Part shown: positions 22,298 to 33,130 of the stretch, piece after piece
How the letters are laid out: the number at the start of each line of letters is the position of its first letter
How positions within the stretch are numbered: the first letter of the stretch is position 1
Origin: Scenedesmus sp. PABB004
Taxonomy: Eukaryota
Reading direction: 5' to 3'
DNA length: 64,000 nucleotides
Assembly (NCBI GenBank): GCA_014905635.1
Contig: JABVCE010000030.1
Coordinates: 186,001-250,000, forward strand
Made by a program: the position numbers and the translations under genes
The notes under the pieces: model-generated
What the model saw: only the letters and a program-made list of their open reading frames with translations
Database searches by the model: none
Told to the model about the DNA's origin: nothing

Positions 22298-23238
22298 ATG
22301 CTCGCCCTGGCCGGGCAGCGCAGCGCAGGCTCGACCCCGCGCAGCCCCCCTGGCGCACGGCTCTGCCGCGATGTTGCTCTCAGACCGCGCGCTGGAGCTG
22401 TCGCGGCCCGCTGCAGCAGCAGCAGCAGCAGCGGCAGCAGCGCCGGCGGCGCGGCCGAGCGCGAGCAGCTGCATCAGCTGCTGCGCGGCCGGCGTGTGGC
22501 GTGCTTGTGGGACCTGGACAACCTCTCTCCGGCCTCGCTGGCGCTGGACCTGCTGCCGGCCATCGGGGAGCTCCAGGCGGTCGTCGCTGCACTCGGCGGG
22601 CGAGCCGAGTGCGTGCGCGTCTATGCGAACCCGGCGACGCGCGGCCGCCTGGGTGCGTGGTGCACCGCCAGACGGCCATGCTGACCGTCTGTGCTGGCGC
22701 CACCAACAACGCGCCGCGCCCACGCCGCGCAGGTGCGCCGCTGTGCGCCGTGCTCGAGGCGGCGGGCACGCGCGTCGTGGGCGTGCCGCGGCGCAGCCAG
22801 GCCGCCGACGTGCAGCTCACGGCGGACGCCTGCGCGTTCGCCCTCGCACATGGCGCGCGCGGCGCCATCGTGTGTGCGTCAAACGACACAGGCTTTGCCC
22901 CCATGCTCGCGTACGCTGGCAGCCAAGAGACCGCAGCCCTGACGCTGGCCGCCTTCCCCTCACGCCGGGCGCAGCTGGGGCTGCTCCCCGACCTGCGCCG
23001 CCACCCGCTGGCGTGCGTCTGCCACGCTGCGCTGTCGTGGCGGCCCGGCGCGGGCGCGGCGGCGCGGCGCCTCGGCAGCGACGCGGCCGCCGGTGCCGCG
23101 CCGGGCGCTGGCGGCAGGGCCTCGTGGTCAGGGAGCCCGGGCTGGGTGCAGCTGGGCGCCGCTGCCGCCGCTGGCGGCCCCGCAGCCCGAGGCTTCATCG
23201 AGGCGTTGTGGCTCAACCCTGCCAAGCCTTTGGGCTGA
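22298..23238 (+). CDS. NYN (PIN-like/LabA-DUF88) domain protein, 2 exons
   Basis: VACLWDLDN, RVYAN, SQAADVQL and IVCASNDTGFAPML match the NYN acidic motifs; joined by intron 22653-22732. Confidence 0.75.
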
Positions 23239-25278
23239 TGATCGAACATCGATATCGGACCGGCTCAGGCGCTGGCGGCCCGGGACCAGCCCGCACGCTC
23301 CCACGCGTCCCGCGCACTCGGCCAGGGTGCGCCAGCCCTCGGCCAGCTGTGGCTGCTGCTGAGGGCGCCTGTGGTGCGCCGGCTCACGGCGCCCGCGCGC
23401 GCCCCCGCCGCCCCGCAGGCGCCCGGCACCGCAGGCGCCAGCCAGCCGACCGCGGCGGCCGTTTTGTACCCGCGGCGAGCGCCAGCGGCTCCTCGCACGC
23501 GGCGGCGCGATGCGCGTGAAGCGTTGCTGTGCCTCGCGCGTCGTGTGATCCACAGAGCACACAGAGCGCCCGGCGTGCCGGGCGGCGGGCGGGTGGTCGA
23601 TGGCGGTCAGCGGCGCGGTACCAGCTCCGAGCATTGAAGTGCCCGGCCGATGGGCGCGGGCGAATGGGTAGCTCGTGGCGTACTGTGTGGCGCCGCCCGC
23701 GCCTGCAAAGGAGCGGCCGTCGCCGGTTTCGTCTGTGTTGGTCGCGAGGTCTTTGCCCCCGCCGTTCTCTGCAATGCCGCCTCCCCCGCGCCGCCGGCCC
23801 TGCAGGACCATTCACGCCTCCACCAGGTGCCTCAACGCACACCACCCAGGCCTCCGCAGCGTGCGCTGCGCCATGCTTCCCCTGGTGTTCTCGCGCGCTC
23901 TACGCGCGTGACCGCGCGCCGCCGCGTCGATCGGGCGCATCATGCGTGCGCACAAGCACAAGCACGCGCTGGCGCTCTGGCTGGCGGCGCTCTGTGAGTT
24001 GGGCCGCGCTTCGCCCGGCCCGAAAGCGCCGCGGCGCCGCCCCGCGGGCACGCCCAGGGACCGCGCAGGCCCGGCTCACGCCTCACGCCGCCCGCGCCGC
24101 CCCGCAGGCGCCCTGACCGCCGTGCCCAGCGGGGTGCATGCCGGCGCGTCGCGCGCAGGCCGGTCCCTGAGCTGCCTCCGCGAGCTCGGGCCGGCGCGCG
24201 AGGGCGCGCCGCCCGGTCGGGTGCAGCTGGGCGCCGCTGGCGGCCCCGCAGCCCGAGGCTTCATCGAGGCGTTGTGGCTCAACCCTGCCAAGCCTTTGGG
24301 CTGATGATCGAACATCGATATCGGACCGGCTCAGGCGCTGGCGGCCCGGGACCAGCCCGCACGCTCCCACGCGTCCCGCGCACTCGGCCAGGGTGCGCCA
24401 GCCCTCGGCCAGCTGTGGCTGCTGCTGAGGGCGCCTGTGGTGCGCCGGCTCACGGCGCCCGCGCGCGCCCCCGCCGCCCCGCAGGCGCCCGGCACCGCAG
24501 GCGCCAGCCAGCCGACCGCGGCGGCCGTTTTGTACCCGCGGCGAGCGCCAGCGGCTCCTCGCACGCGGCGGCGCGATGCGCGTGAAGCGTTGCTGTGCCT
24601 CGCGCGTCGTGTGATCCACAGAGCACACAGAGCGCCCGGCGTGCCGGGCGGCGGGCGGGTGGTCGATGGCGGTCAGCGGCGCGGTACCAGCTCCGAGCAT
24701 TGAAGTGCCCGGCCGATGGGCGCGGGCGAATGGGTAGCTCGTGGCGTACTGTGTGGCGCCGCCCGCGCCTGCAAAGGAGCGGCCGTCGCCGGTTTCGTCT
24801 GTGTTGGTCGCGAGGTCTTTGCCCCCGCCGTTCTCTGCAATGCCGCCTCCCCCGCGCCGCCGGCCCTGCAGGACCATTCACGCCTCCACCAGGTGCCTCA
24901 ACGCACACCACCCAGGCCTCCGCAGCGTGCGCTGCGCCATGCTTCCCCTGGTGTTCTCGCGCGCTCTACGCGCGTGACCGCGCGCCGCCGCGTCGATCGG
25001 GCGCATCATGCGTGCGCACAAGCACAAGCACGCGCTGGCGCTCTGGCTGGCGGCGCTCTGTGAGTTGGGCCGCGCTTCGCCCGGCCCGAAAGCGCCGCGG
25101 CGCCGCCCCGCGGGCACGCCCAGGGACCGCGCAGGCCCGGCTCACGCCTCACGCCGCCCGCGCCGCCCCGCAGGCGCCCTGACCGCCGTGCCCAGCGGGG
25201 TGCATGCCGGCGCGTCGCGCGCAGGCCGGTCCCTGAGCTGCCTCCGCGAGCTCGGGCCGGCGCGCGAGGGCGCGCCGC
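23144..25278. repeat. Tandem duplication of ~1.07 kb (23144-24212 and 24219-25278)
   Basis: Identical ORF sets offset by 1066 bp; 9-bp indel near the start; 6-nt junction. Confidence 0.95.
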
Positions 25279-28200
25279 GTGGCCGCGCCTGCGCCCAGGC
25301 CACCCCGGCGGTGGCCACGGTGCGCAGCGCGCAGGCGTCACCGCCGCCCAACGAGCTGCTGCTAGCGGTGCGCGACCGCCGCCGCCCCGCCTGCCGGCGC
25401 CGGCGGCCCCGCGCGCTTCTCCACGCCCCCCTCCCTGACCCGCCGCACCGCCGCGCCGCCACACCGGCAGGCGGCCGCTGCTGACGCCGCCGACGCCGAC
25501 GGCGGCGCGGGCGTCGCGTCGGTGGTCATCTCGGGCGGCGCGCCCGAGTTCAACCCGCTGCTCGACCGCTCGCCCTTCCCGCTGTGGGGCCAGATCCGGG
25601 CGTTCCACATCGAGCCCGCGGTCGTGCAGCTCATCGCCGAGGAGCGCACGAGCCTGGCGGTGCTCGAGGACAAGCTGCTCACCGCGGGCGCCGGCGTGGG
25701 CTTTGACGACGTGTTCGGCCCGCTCACCCAGATCCGGCTGCGCCTCGATTCGGTTTACAACCAGATAGACAACCTGCTGGTGCGCGGGGCGCGCGGGCGC
25801 GGGGGGCGCGGGGCGCGGGCGGCGGCGTGGCGCGGGCCCGCCGCGGCGCGCGCCCGGGGCCGCAGCCGACCGCCCGGCGCGGCCCCGCCCCGCCCCGCCC
25901 GCGGCCGCCCGCAGTACGTGATGGAGACGCAGGACGTTAGTGATGCCGTGGACGCAATAACACCGCAGCGCGTGAAGTTTGACCAGGTGCTGAAGCAGAG
26001 CCGCCCCATCTACGACGCGCTCACCGCGCTCGCGACGGGCCCTGCCTGGGGCGGCCTCACGCCGCAGCAGCAGCGGCTCGTGACGCTCACGCTCGCTGAG
26101 ATGCGGGCGGCCGGCGCGGGGCTGAGCGACGCCGACAAGGCGGCGCTGTCCGACATTGAGAGCCGCATCGAGATGACCCAGAATGCGTGGAACGACAACC
26201 TGCTGGAATCACTCGACGTGAGCACCCCAGGAACAGCAGCGGCACGCGGCGGCGGCGGCAGCGGCGGCAGCAGCAGCGGCAGGCGCCCCCGCTCACTGCC
26301 CCCCCTCCCACGCCCACCCCGCCGCGGCGCAGTCGTTTGAGCTCGTGGTGACCAACCGGCGCGACCTGGACGGCCTGCCGGCCTCCGCGATCATGGCCGC
26401 GCTCGCCAACGCGCGGAAAAAGGGCCGCCGCGCGACGTGGCGCACGGGGCCCTGGGTGCTCCGCTTTGACGGCGCGACGGCCGACTACGTGGAGCAGTTT
26501 GCGAGCAACCGCACGCTGCGGCGCATCGTGTATGAGGCCTCCACCAGCCTCGCGTCGTCGGGGCAGCTCGACAACACGCCCCTCATGCTCAAGCTCCTGG
26601 AGCTGCGCCTGCGCAAGGCGCAGCTGCTCGGCTACAAGAGCTTTGCCGAGATGCGCAGCGCGCGCATGGTGCGCGCAGCGCGCCGCGGCCGCGCGCCGCC
26701 GCGCCGCGGGGCGCCTCTCCGCGCCGCGCGCCGCCGCGCCGCCGCCGACGCCCCGCGCCCGCGCTGCGCGCGCCGCGCAGAGCGCGTCCCTGGCCGACGT
26801 CAACTCCCTGCTGGGGCAGCTGCTGCCCGTGGCCAAGGCCAAGGCGGCGCAGGAGAACGCGGACGTCGCGGCGTGGGCGGCGGCGGTCGACCCGCGCGAC
26901 GGCGTCGACCTGGGGCCGTCCGACTGGAAGTACTGGCGCACGCGCTACCAGCGCGCGCAGCTCAACGTGAGCGAGGACGAGGTGCGCCAGTACCTCACCG
27001 TCAGCACCTTCCGCTCCTACCTCGCCGACCTGGCGTGGCGCCTGTACGGCGTCAACGTCGTGCGCGCGGGCGGCAGCACGTTCTGCCCGTCCGAGGGCCC
27101 CGGGCTGCAGACGTGGCACCCGAGCGTGGAGGCGTACTGCCTGTTCCGCCCCTCCGACCCCTCCACCGTGGTGGGACTCATCTACCTCGACCTCTTTGCC
27201 CGTCCCCAAAAGTCGACCGGCGGCTGGAGCCAGCCCATCCTCGAGCCGGCGCGCTACTACCGCGCCCCGAGCCCCGCCGCGTCGCGGCCGCCGAGCTCGA
27301 GCGGCAAGAAGAGCACCGGCGGCCCGTCGGCGTCGAGCGACGAGCTCGCGACGTGGCTCGCGGCTGCGCCGGCGCAGGTGCCGTCGGTCGTGATCGTGAG
27401 CGACCAGGACCCGCCGCCGCGCAACGCGAGCTACGGCGGCCTCATGTGGCGCGACGACGTCGCGGGCCTGCTCCACGAGTTTGGCCACGCGATGCAGCAC
27501 TTGCTCAGCACGACAGACCTCGGCCTCATGGCGGGCCTCAGGTGCGTGCCCGCGCCGCCGCCCGCACGCGACCCGCCCCCGCGCGTCCGCCGCAGGCCCG
27601 CCGTCGCGCTGCGCGCCTGTGCTCACGCTGTGCCGTGCTGACGCGCGGTCGCAGGGGCACGGAGGAGGACTCGGCCGAGGTCGTGGCGCTGATGCACGAG
27701 AAGTGGGCGGGCGACCCCAGCACGCTCACCGCGCTCGGCCGGCACTGGCGCAGCGCGGCGCCGCTGCCGCTCGCGACGGTGCAGCAGGTGGTCGACCTGC
27801 AGTCATGGGGCCAAGGTGCGCCCGCGCCGCGCCCGCGCCGTGCCCGCCGCCGCGCCCGCCGCCGCGCGCCCGCCGCGCCCGCCGCGGCGCTCACCACCGC
27901 CCGCCCGCCCCGCCGCGCCCGCCAGGCGTGTACATGGCCGAGCAGCTCGCGCTCACGCTGGCCGACCTGCGCATCCACTCCGACTTTGTGCCGGGCGTGA
28001 CCAACCCGCACGCGGTCTACGCCGACGTGTACGCGCAGGCCATGGTGCGGCGCCCGCCGCCGGGCTCCCAGCCCTTTCGCGCCGGCCGGCACCGCGCCGC
28101 TGCGACCACGCCGCCGCCGCGGTCGCTCACCGCCGCCCGCCCGCGGCGCGCCGCGCCGCACGTTGCGCCGCGCAGCCCGACGGCACCGTGCTGCTGCCGA

Positions 28201-28623
28201 GCGCGCGGCGGCTGAACTACTTTGACCACATCTTCTTCTTCGGCTACGAGGCGGCCTACTACAGGTGCGGCTGCGGCGCGGCACCTGTGCGCCGCACGCA
28301 ATTCCTGGCCGCGGCCGCGGTCGCGGGCCGCGCTTGCCTGGTGCGCGGCGCCGCGTGCGCGGCGCCGACGCCCGCCCGCCCGCCCGCCGCCCGGTCGCAG
28401 CTACATCTGGTCCGACGTGTCGGCGGCCGACCTCTTTGCCACGTTCAGCGGCGCGGGGCTCGCGAACGACAGCGCGATGGCCGACCTGGGCGGCCGGTTC
28501 GAGGACAGCGTGCTCGCCCCCGCCGGCTCCGCGCCGATGGGGCAGCTCTTTGCCGGCTTCATGGGCCGGCCGCCGCGCCTCGACGCGCTGCTGGCATACT
28601 ACGGCCTCGACGGCCGGCGCTGA
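25008..28623 (+). CDS. M3A metallopeptidase (oligopeptidase A-like) with predicted signal peptide
   Basis: FNPLL, NRTLRRIVYEA, KAQLLGYKSFAE, YLDLFARPQKSTGGW, LLHEFGHAMQHLL (HEXXH), FDHIFFFGYEAAYY|SYIWS, FMGRPP. Confidence 0.9.
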
Positions 28624-30143
28624 GCGCGCTGCGCGCGCTGGGCAGTGCTGCGCGCGCTGAGCGGCGGCGCCGGGCGCGCGCGCGCATGCGCGCCGGCGCC
28701 GGCCGCGGGCGCTGCAGGCGGCCGCCGGCGGCGCCGGCCAGCACCAGAGGGGGGATCGGGGCGGGGCGGGCCCGCTGCGCGCCCCCGGGCGCCCCAGCCC
28801 GCCTTGACCGGGCGTGAGGTGGGGGATGTGTGCCTGTGGTGGTGTGTGTGGCGGTCCTGCTTTGACGGAGTGCGGCGGCAGCCGTGTTATTACAGCGCGC
28901 GCGGCGCTGCGCGCGCCCCGTGCAACACCGGCCGCCAGCTGCGGCGGTGGGGGGCGCGCGCGCGCGCGGCGCGCTGGGTCTTGCGGCAGTCGCCTGCCTG
29001 CGAGGGGTGTTGGCGTGCTGAGGCGCGCCCTGCGTGCGGATCGCCGTTGCCCCGGGCTCTCGCGCCGCGGGGCGTTGTAGAGGGCGAGCTGTGCGGGTCT
29101 CTGGGCTTCCCCTCTCTCTGGGCTTCCCCTCTCTCGCGCACACTCACCAAACCCAACCCTACCGCGGTGCCGCGCAGCGGCGGCCACCGCGCCGCCGCGG
29201 GCCGGGCCCGCCTGACGGCGTGCGCGCGCGTGCGGCCCGCCCGCCGTGCGTGCGTGCTGCACGAGCACGCGTGCTCGCGGGCGGGCCGCCGCCCCCGCGC
29301 CTGATCAAACCCGCCGGCGTCTCCCACCCCCGCCTGACCAGACCAAAATCAACGCGCGCCGCCGCCGCGCGACCGCGGCGCGCGCACGGTCGTCGCCGTC
29401 GTGCCTGACTGTTTGTCTCTGACCTGACCTGACGCGCGTCTGAGTTTGTGCGAGGTCGCCGCGCGCGCGGCCTGCTGCGACGCAGGCCTTGTCGCCGGCA
29501 CTGAGAATCCAACGCACGGCTCGCGCGTGCGCACCTGTGCAGCGGCACTCTGTCCAGGCTGTCCAGGCTGTGCAGGCTGCGCGCACCACGCAGCGGAAGT
29601 GGGTGCGCGGCGTGGCGCACCCGCCGCTGCCGGGCGTGTAACGAGCGCGTCTGCGGCACGACGTCGGCGAGCGGCGACGTGCAGCCCACCGGTCGCGACT
29701 GTCGGAAGACTGCTGCTCCCGCTCCCGGGTGCCACGCCGCCCCCGCTGCGCCGCGCTGTCAGAACGGCACTGAAACGCAACCGCAAAGCTCACCGAGACA
29801 CCGCCGCGGCCAGCGCTCGCTCCTGTCCGGCACTTCCGCGGAGCACGCCGCTGCGGCACGGCTCGAGGTCAGCCCCGCCGGGCACAGCGGGCTGCGCACC
29901 GCGCGCAGCTGACAATCTCGTCCGCGCGGCGCGCACCCGCGCGGGGCAGGCGGGCCCGTCACCGGAGACCTCCGGCATCCTCTTGCGCCCGCCAGGGGCA
30001 GCGCCCCGCCCAGGCGCCGCGCAGACGCGGCAGCTGGAGCAGCAGCAGCACCGGCGACTCGGCGCCGGCGCCGGCGCGCGTGTGGCACCGACGGCCGCTG
30101 CCGCCGCTGCCGCTGCTGCCGCGCGTTCGGTGCAAGCTGCGCC

Positions 30144-32170
30144 ATGGGCCGCGGGGAGAAGGCCCTGGAGCCGGTGGGCCTGCCCATGAAACAGCGCTGC
30201 TACAATAAGGGCTTCCGCGACGCCGTGCAGCAGCTGGAGCGCCAGCTGCACTGCCTGCAGGTGGCCGAGGCCCAGATCAACGCCACGCGTGTCACCGAGC
30301 AGGTGCGCGCGCGCCGGAGTGGGGGGCTGGCCGTGCGCGCGCCGCGGGCCGGCCGCCGCGGGCGCCGACACCAGCTGCCCTCTCTGCTCACGCCGCGCAG
30401 GTGCTGCTGGACATGATCGTGTGGACGGAGGTCATGCAGCGCATGCGGCAGCGCCACGAGGACCAGCTCGTCTGCGAGCTGCTGCGCCCGCCGTGCGCCG
30501 GCGCGCCGCCGCCGCCGCGCGCCGGCGAGGAGGAGAGCGGTGGCACGTGGATGGCGGGCCTGCTGGCGCGCGCGACGCCGCAGCAGCTGTACGAGGTGCT
30601 GTCGATGTCGGCCGACGACTGGACGCGCTACCTCAACGCGCTCTTCAACAAGCTGCTGCTGCTGCTCGAGCTGCTCTCACGCGAGGAGCCGGCGCCGCCG
30701 CCGGGCGCGGGCGCCATGCCCGCCGCAACGCAGCTGCGCGCCGAGGTGTCGGTGCTGGTGGACGACTTTGTGCGGCGTGTCGTGACGTCGTGCATGCACT
30801 GGGGGTGAGCCCCGCGCGCACCGCGCGCCGCGCGCCGCGACCCCCGTACCCGGCCCGCGCCGCCCCTGCCCCAACCGTCCGCCCGCCCGCCCGCCTGCCC
30901 ACGCCCCACGCAGCTACGACCACAGCTTCATCAAGGCCGTGGCCTGCAACCTGGGTGAGCCGCGGGCGGGGCTGGGCCGGGGACCCAGCTGCAGCTGGCA
31001 CAGCCTGGCGGCGAGCGCGCGGCGCGCGGCGCGCCCACGCCGCCGGCCGCGCCGCCCCCGCGCGCCGCGCAGGCACGGGCGAGGTCGCGGCGGCGCCGCC
31101 GCGGCACTTCCAGCACGCGGTCGGGCGCATGTGCCTCACGCCGTCGCAGCGCGTGCACATGCGCGCCATCACGGCGCAGCACAAGCGCATGAACCGCGCA
31201 GTCGCAGCGCACGACGCGGGCGGCATGGAGGCCGCCGCCAGCCTCAACCTGATGGTCGCCCTCGCCACCACCGGCTCGCCCACGAGCTCGGGCGGGCCCG
31301 ACGGCGCCGCGTGCGCCGGCGGCGGCAGCGGCAGCGGCGACGTCGGCTCGGCCGTCGCCGCCGCCGCGGCGGCCGCGGCGGCGGGCATGGACGCGGCGCT
31401 GAACAACGCCGGCGGCGACGGCGAGCCGGGCGCGGCGGCCCCGACTGACAAATTCCAAGCGCTCGAGGCATACCTGTCCCGCTGCCGCGCGCCGATCATC
31501 GTCACGGGCATGCAGGTGGGTGTGTGGGAGAGGGGCCGGGCCTGCCGCCCGGCGCGGCGCCCCGGGCCGGCCGCGCGGCGCCGCGTTGGCCGCCGCTGCA
31601 GGGGTGTGCCGTGGCACAACGCGCCGCCGCCCGCCCGCCCGCCGCGCCGCGCCGCGCCCGCGCCGCCCCCCCCCCCCCCCCAGAGCCTCATGACCAGCAC
31701 CAAGCTGCAGGTGCGCGGCGCGGCGGGCGGCAGGCGCAGCGGGAGGGGGGCGCGGCGGCGGCGGCGGCCGTGCGGCCGCGCGGCGCGGAGCGCACGCCAG
31801 TTGCTGAGGGGGCCGTGTCGAGCTGCCCGCGGGCGCGCCGCGCGCCGCGCCGCAGATCGCGCAGTCCATCTGCTCCTGCTGGCCATTCTTCCCCAACGCC
31901 TGCGCCCTCGCCGAGGCGTGCGAGGCCGGCGACGGCTGCGCCGCGCCGCCGCACGCGGGCGGCGCCGGCGCCGCCGAGCCGGGCCCGGCGCCGGGCGGCC
32001 TGGCCGCGCTGTTCAGCGACGACGCGGCGCGGCACATGCAGCGCCGCGAGGCGCGGCTGGTGCACCAGCTCGCGCGCTGGAGCCAGCTGCTGCAGGCGGG
32101 CCTGTCGGCCAACGACGCCATCACACAGCTCGCGGTGGAGCTCGAGAGCGCTGCGTGCCCGGCGCACTGA
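30144..32170 (+). CDS. Chlorophyte-type protein with degenerate bZIP-like N-terminus and helical C-terminal domain
   Basis: KQRCYNKGFRDAVQQLERQL heptads; consistently spliced exons with NL|GTGE, LTPSQR, KLQ|IAQSICSCWPFFP. Family call is tentative. Confidence 0.6.
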
Positions 32171-32989
32171 CCGGCACTGACCGGCGGCGGCGGCGGCGAG
32201 GCCGGCGGCGGGCAAGCTGCGGGCAACTCCATTCGATGTTTGTTTGCGTGTGTCACCTTGGAATGGAACGCTTACCTTACCGACGCGTCAGTCAATTGGT
32301 TGTCAAACGGGGACGGACCCCCCTCCAACGCCCTGGACCGCACTGCCGCGGGGCCCGGTGCCTTGACAGGCGCGGGCGACCGGTCAACGAACTTTGTTAT
32401 GGATTCATCCTGTCGCCGCAGCATGGTGGCGTGTGCCGGGCGGCGTGGCGCAGCGGCCCGCCTGCCTGCGCGCCCAGCCGCCGCTGAGCGCAGAACGCAC
32501 GCCGCGCCGCGCGCTGGCGCATCCTAGCGCACGGCACACACTGACATTGGGGGCGACCGCCCTGCGCTGCACTGCGCGGCCGGAGCACTGCGTTTGAGCT
32601 TTGGGGGGCGGCGCAGCGGGGCTGCCTTGTGGCGCGTGCCTGTCGTGCCGCGGGCACGTGCGCGTCTGTCGGGTCCGTCGCGGCAACAGCATCGTTGCCG
32701 CGTGCGTTGGTTGCTGCTTCTTATCGGGGGGTGCCGGCGCCTCGACACGCCGGTCAGCCAGACGTCTGGCTGACGGACTGGTTGGGGATCTAGGTGAGCG
32801 CCGGCGTCGCGCGGGTCGGCGCCACAGGCGCGTGCGTGGCGCAAGACGCAGCTGCTTGCTCCTTGCATGCGCCGCCGGGAGGGGGCGCACTGGAGTTCGT
32901 CTGACGACGCGCGCATGCACACACGGGCACGGGGTCGTCGCGTGACGCGCTCGCGGGTCGGGTGGCACGCCGCGCGCCCTGCGTTTTAT

Positions 32990-32994
32990 TTACA
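32990..32994 (-). promoter_or_regulatory. Chlorophyte polyadenylation signal TGTAA
   Basis: About 140 nt downstream of the stop at 33131. Confidence 0.55.
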
Positions 32995-33130
32995 GGCCGG
33001 CGCGCGCCGGCCTTGCGTGCGCGTGCAACAAACAAACAACGCACCATCCTGCCTCCTGCCAAACCACCTAGCCCTGCTCGCTCAGCCCGCGCCCGCGCGC
33101 TCCGCCGGCCGCGTTGCCGGCAGCTGCAGC

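Noticed and set aside
23235..23270. TGATGA as a box C of another snoRNA
   Set aside because: It is the NYN stop codon region, with no D box, terminal stem or rRNA guide.
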